64,000 bases of DNA from Trichoplax adhaerens (taxonomy: Eukaryota > Animalia > Placozoa): the NCBI RefSeq assembly GCF_000150275.1, contig NW_002060943.1, forward strand, positions 5,600,008-5,664,007, read 5' to 3'. Below are positions 52,160 to 64,000 of this stretch, piece after piece. The notes beneath the pieces are model-generated. The model was not told the DNA's origin and searched no databases. It saw only the letters and a program-made list of their open reading frames with translations. The stretch's first letter is position 1, and every line of letters starts with the position of its first letter. The position numbers were made by a program, and so were the translations under genes.

Positions 52160-54470
52160 TGTTTGGCAAGTTGATGAGCAAACTTGACACTAGTTATCGG
52201 CTCATGGCTAATCCACGTACGTATCGTCCATGCGAGATCTACGCTAACGATTATAAATGCACTATTTTATAGCAAGGAGTATCTAATTCGGAAGAGACTC
52301 ATTAGACATGCCATGACAGATTGGTGGGAGATAAAATAATCCTATACAAGTGTTACATTGTGTAGCATTTATTTCCTACAACAGCCACTTCTCACAGCAC
52401 TACCATCATTATTAGTCGTATTCATTAACAGAGTGGCGATGGCCAGCGACATGTTTTAGACCTTTGGTATGTGGAGTTTGCCAAAGCTTCTTTTCCTTGA
52501 CCTTGGTTAGTTTAAAGTTGCCTGGTAAATTTCTAACCGCTGTCAAATAAGCTTAAGACAAGTGTTTGGAAATGAAGATGGTGGAGGAAATGCTGTACGT
52601 CTGTGGAGAGACTTAAAATCTTGCACCAGTCGCCCCCGCTTCTCGTAGATTACAGAGATTAGATAGAAATCTTTAAGATTAGATTAGATTAGATTAAAGT
52701 AAGGATTCTCGATAACATGATGGAGAACAGTTAATTAAAGAACAAAATGACTACAGCACCTTAACGTCTTTCTCTCTCTTCTCTCAGTACTCCTTAGTAA
52801 GGAGGTGCTACCATCACTGAATGTTTTAGTATGTATAATCGGTAAATGGAACGAATGCCACTGAAAGCGCATTTTTACGTTGCCACACGGCTCTACTACA
52901 TGAACGTGTATGGGAGAACTAATAGAATTTAGAAATTCTAGAAAAATTGAAAGCATCATCTGCAAACTTCGATTCTGTTATATATAGTACTGCTCCATAT
53001 GGTAATGCTCAGATATAAAATACAATAGTTGTCATACTGTAGGACCATACTAATTCCTGTTCATGTTATCGAGACACTAGAGCCAGCCCGAAATAGTCCA
53101 AATACAATCAAATCTAAACTCAAATATGTAAGACGCATCAATAAAGCAAAAAAGTAGTTGGTACAGTAAAAGCTAAATCAGGGCCATGCAAAAAAACATA
53201 AGAGGATGTATCTACTGCCAAGATGATCGCCAAGTTGATAAGCAAGATTGACACTAGCCTTCGTTAATCCATCAGTTGCCACTAGGTGATATAGCACTAC
53301 CACAACAATGATTATTACTCGTATTTATCAACAAGATGGCGACAGCCAGCTACATGGTTCAGACCTTTGCTATGTGAATTTGTCAATTTTCTTTTTCCTT
53401 GCTACAGGTTTGTTTGAAGTTGCCTTAAGGCAAATTTCTAACCACTATTAAATGACCTGATGCAAAAATATTTCGAACGGAAAGTGAAGAGAATAAGCGT
53501 ATACAGAAACTCAAAATCGCAAATTACTGGACGGTAGCATTATTACAAATCGTCTGTTAGTGTACAACACTGTGGAGACCAATAACTTTCAAAACAGTAC
53601 TGTATATGACGATTATGACAGCTTTAGCTTACGCCTGAGTATTACCATCCGAATGCTTTAATTTTTTTAGATTTTCTATAGGTTTTCCCAAGTCCCATTG
53701 TAGTACTTTCATTTTTAATTTCTGAAACTTACAATAATAGCAGGGACTAGTAAATGAAAGGCAGAGGAATCTTTTAGCAATGCAAGTTATACTGTGAGAT
53801 TCAATCCTCTAGTACAGTTTCTGCCTTAATGTGCAATTGCATATCATGAGAGTGAAACTCTTCTCAAAACTCTGCTATGATGCTGAAGAGTCTTGTAAAT
53901 AGTACTGCACATTGTCCGGTTTTCGATGTTACCAGTTAAAGTAACAGGAGAAATAGTTAGTCATCACATTTTTGCTAGTGAAATTCCTTGAAACTGCCTC
54001 CCTCTTTCTTTTTGTATTGTAGTTTAATAGTCATTGATGGCATACGACTACGTATCTGTATCTACAGTACTATAAAATGATCGCCATGTTGATAAGCAAG
54101 ATTGACATTAGTCACCATTAATCCATTCATCGTCAATGCGAGAGCTACAGTAGAGACTAATAAGAAATGCCATGATAAAATGATGCAAACTGTATTAATT
54201 ATAATTATTGCCGTTGTTTGCACTTATTGCTTTCGTCATTCACCAATCGCAGTACTACAATAATAATTATAATTATAGTTACAATCATCAGTCATTTGTA
54301 TTCACAAACAGGATAACCACAACTAGTTTCTGGTTAAGATCTTTGCTAAATGGGTTTGTCAAGGTATTTTCCCTTGGTATCGGTTTGTTTGAAGTTGCCT
54401 TGCAAATTTTTAGTCGCTGTCAAATAACTCGTAGACGTTAAAGTGTTTCGAAATGAAGAGTGGATGCTAG
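52160..54470. repeat. Three diverged copies of a segment spaced about 0.9-1 kb apart; possibly GPCR TM1-TM2 pseudogene fragments on the - strand
   Basis: GTTGAT(G/A)AGCAA(AC/GA)TTGACA(C/T)TAG...AGA(C/T)CTTTG...AAGTTGCCT...AAATTT recurs at about 52170-52580, 53225-53490 and 54080-54460. The minus strand reads (V/M)S(I/S)LLIN(L/M)AI, a TM2-like motif. Confidence 0.65.
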
Positions 54471-56217
54471 CGAGCAAAGTAAAGACCTGCTATATGTAAA
54501 CACTCAAGGTTCTAGAGACTGGCTCTTGCATTTTAATAATATGACCTTGAATATGATTTAGTTCGATTCTGTGATAATTAATGCACATCCATAGAGGTTT
54601 TTTTATTATCTCCATGGTAGGTCTTAATTTTACTGACAATATGGAGTATTACAGTATCCAAGTTTGTCGAATAATACTATCAAATTTTCGTTATTATCTG
54701 TTCTCTTATTCACGGTAGTATGATCAATGCTTCATATGATAACATAAATAAAGTGTATGTGCTGTTACCTGTAAATTTATTCAACGATAGTAAATACGGT
54801 ATTCTGTCTACGTAACACAAAACTCATATACTCTTTTAACGGCTTAGATATGTATAGTTGCATTGTAAGCTTACTTCACAAAGTAGCGTTAACAGTATTA
54901 CTTATCAATAACGATTAATATCAGTCATATTAGTGTCTAAAAGTTTATACTTGCTACGATTATGATACTAAAGGCTCAACGTTTTATTTAATTAAGATTT
55001 TTAAAGACAATATTAATTTAAGAGCGATCAAAAGCTATGAATTCTGCAGCCTTTAAATTTTTCTACTAAATATCTTGATCAGGAGAATGTATTGATTTTT
55101 CTATAATTACTACCAATTCGCAATCAAAATTTTTGTGGTTGATATCGTGTATTGATGTATAGGTTCTCCTTTTCCAATAATAGAGTGATATAGCAATAAT
55201 ACTAAATATTTCCAATACTTCGATACACAATTTTCATAATCTTGCTTACTCTTACTAATAATACCGATTTCTTTTATTTCCTATCTAAATTTTCATATTG
55301 ACATAGATAGTTGTAATAATTTATTATGGCAACTATATAATCAGCTAGCTCTATGTTATCTTTAGAAGTAACAATAAAAGTACTAGCTAGGGTACTAATA
55401 TAACAGGTTCACCGATAATAAATTATTTTACAGTACCGCATATGCGTATAGTTGGCGATAGCAATAAAAGATATTTTTTGGTGCGATGTACTATAATGGA
55501 GTTTCGTTGAATCGGCAATTACTTATTATTTAGAAATTGATGCCATATGGATTTTACTTATCTTTATATAATGAAGCAAATTTTATTTATCATAGGTTTA
55601 TGACGATGTATTATAAATACCAACAGGAACTGAGATAACTCCTTAATTTTAAACATCACATAGCTTATAGCAAATAATGGCATGATGTAACAAATTATTT
55701 GTTTAAAGGCAAATATCTTATTAGCAACCATTTTTACGTAATATTGACAGACTCTGTTAATATTTTAGCATGTCTATAATATAGATATTACCGTAAAATA
55801 AGAGGTAAAACTTATCTTTTACAAAAAAAATGGCGGAAATAAGCCAACTAATGATGTTCCTTCGTTATCAAATTAGTAATCCAATGATAACTTTAACCTG
55901 ATCTTTCCTACCTTTAGAATGAAGCGATATTTAAATTAAGATCACAGCTACTTATATTATAACTGTTAACGGGTTTTGACCGTAACCTAACCATTTCTAA
56001 ATAGAATGATAATTTAACGCCTATCTAGGATTAGTAGCTCGATCAGTTTTGCTTTAGCAGTATTTTCATTTATGGCTCGGAAATGATGCCAAACAGAATT
56101 GGTAAAATAGGTATTTGCTTTCATCTAAAACAAAATATTCAATTCAAAATTAACCTCATTCCAATGTAACACATTGTTATCACATGATTAATGACTACAG
56201 CTAACATTTCTTATAAG

Positions 56218-59200
56218 CTATATTTTAAAACGAATCTCCTTCGCAGTTGCAGGATTATTCATTAATTGAGATGCAGGATCCTTAATTTGTTTGATCGTAA
56301 CCTCCCCTTCTATTCCGGCATTATAAATGCAACATAGTCGATAATTTTTGCCTAGTTGGCACATATACTGCCATTCTTTTTGACTTATCTTGATAAAAAG
56401 ATTTTTATTTCTATAAGTAGTTTTAACTTCAATAAACTTTGAAATATTGTTTTTAATTACTTTTATGTCGGCTGATGAATTGCTTTCTTGACTGTAATTA
56501 AGCCAAGTTATGGTTACTGATAAGTTTTTTCCTCGACTATCAATGCCTCTCATAAATGCCGTTCCTAAATATTCGTATTCTATTAAAATAATACGAAACT
56601 GTTTCCTATAATAGCGTGTATAATATTGAAAAGCAAATTCTTCTCCCCATCGACCAGTCCATCGATTATGGCCCTTATTCTCATTACTGTTATTTTCTCT
56701 CTCCTTAGAAATACTTCTTATGTGGCCTACTTGATTACGTTGAATAGTAAAATTAGTTGATGTATCTGAATGATTTGTTAAGTTAGTACAATGAGTATAC
56801 TGTACTTGAAGGCCGGTATTTTTAAACAGTGCTTGAGATTTTTCGTCGTATTTCATCAAGCTAACATTAGCTCGGGCAGCATTTACAGGTTTGCAGTATT
56901 GAAGATAATTATCATCTTCAGATGAGCTTGTAGGCTCAGAAATATTTGAATTCGTCTCGCCTGTTTTGCCTACACAAGATGATTTGTTGATAAGTGTTAG
57001 CTGATGAGATACTTTGCGATTGCGAACGAATTCTTCTCTTGATAATTCACTTTTACTATGTTGCTCATAAATTTTATGTGTCCATATACTTGTTCGAAGC
57101 CTTTTACTCTCTGATTCTGTGCCGATGTTATCGTCTTCATCTAAGGATTCGAGAATATATTTTGGTTTTGTGCTGTAGTTCAAATGTGTAACATTTTCCG
57201 TAGTATCTCCGCCATCAGAATGGCTTTGTATATCGCCATCTGGTATGCAGTTCTCATCTATCATGAGTAAGGCATTAACGTTATAATTCTTTTTCTCTAG
57301 CCATCTGAGACGATCTTTTTCGGTATTGATTAATGATAATATTTCTAGATACCTTAAATTATCTTCAGATAATTCTAAATATGTTGCAATACTTTTTACA
57401 ATATCATCTAAATTGCTAGTTTCATCAGAATCATTATCATGTAGAAGTTTAGTACCAGTAAGTATAACTTCGATTTTGAAAGTAATTTTTGAATTGGCTT
57501 TAACCTCAAGTGCAAGTCTTTTAACTGCTAAAATATCGAGTTTATTCAGTTTTGCGTGCCATTTCTTGTATAATCGATTTCGGTAACTTGTAGATTTCGC
57601 TTCTGTTATAACAACCATTTTTAACAAATTTGTAATTAATGTTTTCATTTTTGAATTATCTTTAGGATGATCATAGATTATTTTATAGTCATTCGCCGTT
57701 AATATTTGAACGCCAAAATAGCGGCAAATCATTAACACATCTTGTACTGTTAGATTTGAAAATGACTTTAAAAGATTTCGATGCCTCACACCGCATAACT
57801 CTTTGTCAGGAATAAAATATAACGAACTGGTATATTGTAAAGATCCATCCGAAGCTAATATTTTGCTATTTGATTGCTTTAATTTTTCGTAATAAATATC
57901 ATCCCAAGGTGATGCTATCACTTGTTTATAAAGGCTTTGAAATTGATCATGATATTTTTGTGGTGATCTTGAATTAATGGCATTTATGAGTTTGATGACA
58001 ATTTGCACGGTTAGCTGGTTGCGAGCCCCTAATAACTTCATTAGATCCTCGGCTAGATTGATAGTTATACTACCAAATTTAGTTTGCATCCGTGGCAAAC
58101 AGTATTGCAGTTCTTTCTCTATGTGCTCAGCTAACGATGATGTATATTAATCACCCATCGAATAGAATTTTCCATCAGTAGCTAGGATGCAAGGAGTCTT
58201 GTTAAGCATGAATTTTAGATATGGCATAGCAGAATAAGAATAGCTATTTTTGTTAGATTTACTATAAATTTTAAATACTTTCATTCCTTCGATGACCGCA
58301 TCTTGATTTTGAGCTAACTGTTGGAAAAAGAATTTTGCATAATTTTTTACCTTTAAGCAACTCATATAGGGTAAGTAGGCTATATGATAATGATAGGACT
58401 TATTTAATTGGATCATATTGACATTCGTAATGTAATGACTATATTCTTCAAATTTATCAATATCACTACTATCAGAATTTTGATTGAATTCTCCACAAAA
58501 AAAATGAATTTCCTCTTTAACTTGCAACTGCAGTAGTATCGATTTGACTTTTTCTGCAGTTATTGATGTATGGCGGTAAGATTTGTAATCTATAAATCCT
58601 ATGTCTTCAGTTACAATTTTTTCAAGATCCAAGCGTGGTTTAAGTTCTGATGGCAAATAACAGTCTTTTGCTGCTCTGATGTTACCAGATTTAGTTAGTA
58701 ATGGCAATTTATTTAAATTGGAATATTTCAGTTCAAACTCCATTTTGAGGCAACATAATAATTGAACAATTTTAATAGATACGTCGAGATAAGATGGAGA
58801 ATGTTGCTTAACTTTGATACCTTTCAAAAAATTTTCAAGGATTTCAATTATTTTTGCGTCCGTTATGTGGCTGACACCTATACTTTTCAACTATTTGACT
58901 GAATCGGGAATCTCAAGCATGGCAGGATGTATAAAGTCAATTCCTAAAATTGATGGGTATTCTTTCAATTTCCTACTGACTGGTAGATAGACAGCAGAAC
59001 TGTTAGATAATTTATTTTGATCCGTCAATAGAAACGATATTTTTTGCATGTGTGTTCGTAATTCTCTATCTGTATATCCGAATGATGAACAGGTATTTAT
59101 CAGAAATTCTATAAGTTTTCCATAGCATGATTTCTCTATACAGATTTCGCTATATTGTTCTAAATTTTCTGTTAGTTTAAGTAAAGTAAAGTGGCTAAGT

Positions 59201-60567
59201 AATTTACTCTGATTTTCTAATCTGTAGCTTGCAATCAATTTACGTTTCGTTAAATCAATACTTGGAAATGCCTCAAAGAATCCTAAATCGTCCGAAATAG
59301 CTTCGCCCCATTTCAGTAATTGCCACTGATTAATATGAGAAGGTATGAAGGCGATTTTTGCTAGTTCAATATCGATAGTACTACTGTATACGTCGGTAAA
59401 TTGTTGCGATATAGTCCCTTTTAATCGGCGTGTTAAAAGTAATAAAACGTGATCACAATAATATTCATTTAGAGCAAATTCATGTAATAAAGCGATATGA
59501 AACTTAGCTATGCATCGAAACATATATTCATTCCATATATTAGTTAATAATTGTGTTCGATCTGCACTAAGTAAGAAGTCGCCATTGACTAGAAACGGTA
59601 AACCGGAGTACATTTGTGTAGGTAGATAGCAAAATAGTACTGCTTTATGATGGGCTTTTAACGTTCCTTCTTCGCCGAATAGGAATGCAAATTTGAGATT
59701 AACTGATGTTGCTTGTTTAAGTTTAGTCGGACATTCTTGATCGGGTAGTCGCTGTAACTTTTGATGGATTTCGTTAGGAATTTGTTGTTCGTCGGATCGA
59801 ATTAACCATTTACTCTTCAATGTATCGTTTACATATAATTCGTATTGATTAGACGTATCGAATAACTTTCTTAATTGAATAGAATCGATACGATTATGTT
59901 GACGAATTGTAATTTCTTGTATGTTACGTAAGAACAAGATAGTATTAGGTGTTTGCATCAGTATTTTAAGTGCGTTATATACCTTTTCAACATTATTCAC
60001 AGATCGAGTTTCGTCGACTAGTTGAAATAGGAAAGTAACATGTGACTTATTCAGTTCAAATACTTTCGGTAATTGATTTTGCTGTGTCCAAATAGGCGTA
60101 ATTTGCCAAGGATAACGTCTAAATCTATCGCTATCGTTATTACGCCATTTTGCATAATCGCGATCAAATCGGAAACAATAATTTCTAGATATAATATAGA
60201 CACGATACGATATTACAAATACAGACTTAAATCCGATTCCTTTAAAGCCAGTCTTGCTTAAATCGGTTTTCTTCCGTGTAAACTGTTGTTGTGCGTTATC
60301 ACAAATAGCTTCGACATCTTGATAATCGAAATGTCTACCGGTATGAGAAAAGGCTAAGTATCGTTGATTGATTTGGAATGTAACATGTATAGGTTGATTA
60401 TCGATAGCAGCATCATCAGCGTTTTGTAGTAATTCTAGAGCGAATTTCTCGGGACTGTTAAAAACAGTTTGGATATCTTTGTCTAGAGTGTTAGCTAAGG
60501 TAGTAGAATTTTTATCATTTTTACCTCGCTCGTCAAATAATCTTTCGATGTGTTCTTTTTTATCCAT
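56218..60567 (-). pseudogene. Sacsin/NO VEIN-like GHKL ATPase + DUF3883 nuclease (paralogue 3), 1449 codons interrupted by two in-frame stops
   Basis: ORFs 58891-60567, 58147-58890 and 56218-58098 are all in one frame and collinear with the 1395-aa paralogue. Stops are TAG at 58891-58893 and TAA at 58147-58149. Canonical ELLQNADDA, TGFKGIGFKSVF and TGRWGEEF...ADIKV...FIEVKTT motifs. Confidence 0.88.
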
Positions 60568-62358
60568 AATTTGTATTCCTCAATTTAATCTCGGTTATAT
60601 ATTGCGGTAATGTAGATTGTTGTAGCAAATAGATCGAAATGGTTAGAGTTCCGTAGGGTGTCGTTCCTACTAGCGTCTAGGGCTTTGCTATCTTCCGCTA
60701 CTAAATTATGCTCCTTGTCCAAGTAAATTAAAAAAAATTAGATGAAACTTGGATCTCTAATGAAACCTGCTGATGTTGGCACACGGTAACAATAGAAAAT
60801 TACTGACGCCACTAAAACTAAATTATACATTATTTTGTTTAGTGTATTGCAGTGTTGAAGAAACTTTTTTATTTATGAACAAGGATTACATCTGAATAAT
60901 TAAATCCTAATATTAAAATCGTCACATGACACACTGTAATGAAAGTCATAGCCGATCCAAGTAGCTAATATTTGGAATGTTGTTTATATTCTTTTTATGA
61001 TGTACGGTCATTTATTCTCCTGACAATCTGCTTCGCCAAAATGAGACATAAATAATTTGATAAGACTATAAAATAGTGCTAAGGTAATTCTTTAACCTTT
61101 TAAATAATAGGCTAAAGATTAATATAATCTATTGTTGCAATTAGTTAGGCATAGCTGCCATGGCATGTAATGTTCAGTAGTCTACCATTAAGTTCATTAT
61201 TAGCTGATTCTGTCCATCTTTTATTCTCACCTTTCCATGACTGGTGATCTTTCTACTGTTACTTTGATTCTAGGATTTCATCGAAATGCGTATATGTAAT
61301 TATAGAATTTGGCAAACTGCTGTGTATACTGACCAGGAACTAAAGTCGGTGTTATAGCCTATTACAATCAGGCGAAGTATATCTCCATCATACTTGATAC
61401 GGTAAGCTGTTAAGATTTTCAAATGAGTTGCAGCTTAAAACATTAACCAGATACTTTGAGAATTAATGTACTATATAATTAGATGTATAATTATAATCGT
61501 CGAAATTATATCATATAGAAATTTCACTCTCACTTTATATTGTCCCTATCATAATATCAAAAGAAATAGAATTAACCAGGCCTAAAACTTCTAGCTGCAT
61601 GCAATATTAAGGCATTATATAGTATTATGCTGTAATGTACGTTAGAATTGTGTCAGAACTGGTTTTGTATAGTAGTAAGTTTCGAAAGGAAACTGAAGTC
61701 CTGGAGGTTCTAAAAAGGAAGTCCATTCAATTCATATCATAATTTTATTTTAATCAAATAGCGCACAAATTGAGAGATATCGTTTAGCTCTGTAATATAA
61801 TAATAAGCTGGCAATTTCAGTCTTTAATATGATATGAAATGAAGCATAAAGAAAATTGTGCAAAGTTCAAAAATAAAAAATGTATAATAAGAAGGCAAGT
61901 TGAATGCAAAAGAAGTCACTAGCTTAAAAATATATACTGAATGCTAAGCTTAATCGTAAAATCTTCTATTCTTTTAGATATGTTAATGATTTAGTAACTA
62001 TTCTACTACTATCAAATTAAATAGTAGATAGATATCAGATACATCATAACTATAGCGAATTTGCATATGGAAGGAGCTAGTGCAATGACTGAAATAGAGT
62101 TGCTTTAACAATTAATTAAGTATAGCTGGAATGATGATTTAATGTCTGGATTGTAATTCAATGACAATCAAATTTATTACCGATACTTTAAGAAGTATAA
62201 TACTTGCGGCTAATGTAAATTGATTAAATATTAAATGATCACTATGATATTACGAACTCGCGTATTTTTGCCTCAATTACAATTTATTATATTATTCGAT
62301 TCCAGAGATTGCCAATAATATTAATTTTCCTTTACGATTACAAACGATTTCCAGTAAA

Positions 62359-64000
62359 CTATAAATTAAAGTAAATTTCCTTTGGAATTATAGATCCTTC
62401 CATTACTTTAGATATGGGATCTTTAATTTGTTTAATCAGGACATCTCCCTCTTTACCTGCGTTATAGATGCAAAATAATCGGTAATTTTTGCCATACTGA
62501 TGCATACTTAGCCATTCCTTTTGACTAATTTTACAAAAAAGATTTTTTTTCTTATAAGTAGTTTTAACCTCAATATACTTTGAACGATCATTTTTAATGA
62601 TGTTAATATCAGCAGGAAAATTGCTTTCTTGGTCTTTATTAAACCAGATTATTTTAACTGATAGATCTTTACCTCGATGATCAACTCCTTTCATAACTAT
62701 TGCTTCTCTATTGTTAGTTTTTTCTAGAGAACGAAATTTCTTTCGGTAGTAATCTTGAAAATACTTATACGCAAACTCTTCTCCCCATCGACCAGTCCAT
62801 CGATTATAATTATTATTACTTTTAATTTTGTTTTTTTTAATTTCATTTTCGTAGGCAGTGTTTTCTAATCGAGATGCTTCAAAAAAATTTACAGTAGGAC
62901 GATTAGATGACCAAGCAGATTTACTTGTCTCAGAGAAATTTGTTAAATTGATAGCTTGAATACACTGTTCTTTATCACTGGAATTTGCAAATAATGATGG
63001 AAAGTTTTCATCTTGCGTGTATTCTATCGCGTAGAAAGTAGCTTTGATCGCATCAGCGGGTTGACAATATTCTAAACACTTTTCGTCTTCAGATGAGCTT
63101 GACGATTTGGAGCTGTTCCTTTTACTAGCCTCACTCTGAATTGTCGTAGATTTTTTAACTTTTTTAAGCCTTTTACTTTCGGACTTGACATCGGTAATTT
63201 CATCGTCTAACGATGCTGATGTCAATACTGAGTGTAGATTAGATGGTGTAGATGAAAGATTTTGGGTCGCTTTTTCGCTAAGAATTGTATCGGCTTGATT
63301 TTCAGTATCATCACCTAGTAAACAATTCTCATCCATCATGTCCAAGGCAGCGATATTGTAATTTTGGTTTGTTAACCATCTAATGCGACTTTTATTGGAA
63401 TTAGTAATCACTAAAGTATTCAAAACATAATGATTAGCTTCCGATAGTTCTAAATATGCTGCAATGGCTTGTGCGATGTCATGTAAGTTATTGTTGTCAT
63501 CAAGATGATTTTCGTAAAAAAGTTGATTACTGGAAAGTGCCAGTTTATTTCTAGAAAGTATCGCTTCTACTTTGAAACTGATTTTTGAATTAGATTTAAC
63601 TAACAGAGCTAAACTTTCAACTGCTAATATATCTAGCTTATTTATCTTTTTAAGCCACTCTCGAAGCAACTGACACCGTCCACGATGACTAGGATTTATT
63701 TCAGTTATAGCAACCATTTTTAGTAAATTCTTAATCTCAGTCTTTATGATTGAATTATCTTCAGATTTATCATAAACTATTTCGTAATCATTTGCCTTTA
63801 ATTCTTTAACGCCAAAGTAACGGCAAATTATGAGCATATCTTCTTTTGTTAGAGCGGGGAAAGATTTTAGTAGATTTGGATGTCTTACGCTGCATAATTG
63901 TTTGTCAGGAATAAAATATAATGCATCAATAGATTGTAAGGATCCATCCGAAGCTAAAATTTTAGTATTTGACTGCCTTAATTCTTCGCACTGACTATCA
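62359..64000 (-). CDS. 3' half of ATPase-DUF3883 paralogue 4, truncated by the window end
   Basis: The frame stays open to 63999 (DSQCEELRQSNTKILASDGSLQ...). It is closely similar to 56218-58098, with intact TGRWGEEF...PADINI...YIEVKTT...ISQKEW. Confidence 0.85.
   Translation of the reverse strand, partial: DSQCEELRQSNTKILASDGSLQSIDALYFIPDKQLCSVRHPNLLKSFPALTKEDMLIICRYFGVKELKANDYEIVYDKSEDNSIIKTEIKNLLKMVAITEINPSHRGRCQLLREWLKKINKLDILAVESLALLVKSNSKISFKVEAILSRNKLALSSNQLFYENHLDDNNNLHDIAQAIAAYLELSEANHYVLNTLVITNSNKSRIRWLTNQNYNIAALDMMDENCLLGDDTENQADTILSEKATQNLSSTPSNLHSVLTSASLDDEITDVKSESKRLKKVKKSTTIQSEASKRNSSKSSSSSEDEKCLEYCQPADAIKATFYAIEYTQDENFPSLFANSSDKEQCIQAINLTNFSETSKSAWSSNRPTVNFFEASRLENTAYENEIKKNKIKSNNNYNRWTGRWGEEFAYKYFQDYYRKKFRSLEKTNNREAIVMKGVDHRGKDLSVKIIWFNKDQESNFPADINIIKNDRSKYIEVKTTYKKKNLFCKISQKEWLSMHQYGKNYRLFCIYNAGKEGDVLIKQIKDPISKVMEGSIIPKEIYFNL

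Noticed and set aside
1246-60261. Numerous 60-140 aa ORFs in the track (e.g. 23082, 34389, 36150, 43056, 46055, 57326)
   Set aside because: They are shadow or antisense frames of real genes, single exons read into introns, or chance ORFs.
36095-60567. Alternative genetic code or programmed readthrough to explain the in-frame stops
   Set aside because: The stops fall at positions expecting different residues (Trp, Leu, probably Glu) and co-occur with frameshifts in the MORN gene. TAA and TAG terminate the intact host genes normally.
1-64000. Whole window being prokaryotic or giant-virus DNA
   Set aside because: Three genes splice cleanly through canonical GT-AG introns with consistent phases, coding density is low, and solo LTRs are present.

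Overview
AT-rich eukaryotic (animal) genomic DNA with short GT-AG introns; the gene style suggests a placozoan such as Trichoplax, but this is inference only. Spliced host genes that I assembled by hand: a ZCCHC7/Air2-like zinc-knuckle gene (-), a 24-exon DUF4062-STAND NTPase-TPR gene (+), and a 3-exon 162-aa secreted protein that looks like a peptide precursor and is missed by the ORF track. There is also an intronless multi-pass membrane protein. The two most striking features are (1) four intronless paralogues of a large protein with a sacsin-like GHKL/Hsp90 ATPase N-terminus (visible in the two complete copies) and a C-terminal DUF3883 (NO VEIN C-terminal, PD-(D/E)xK) nuclease, an architecture resembling the bacterial Tiamat anti-phage protein, each copy in a different state of decay, and (2) about 4 kb of decaying bacterial DNA (membrane-protein gene, intrinsic terminator, hypothetical gene, MORN/YwqK repeat gene) integrated next to a hairpin- and repeat-rich block. 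The intergenic DNA holds two solo-LTR candidates, degenerate tandem repeats and probable remnants of LRR-GPCR genes.
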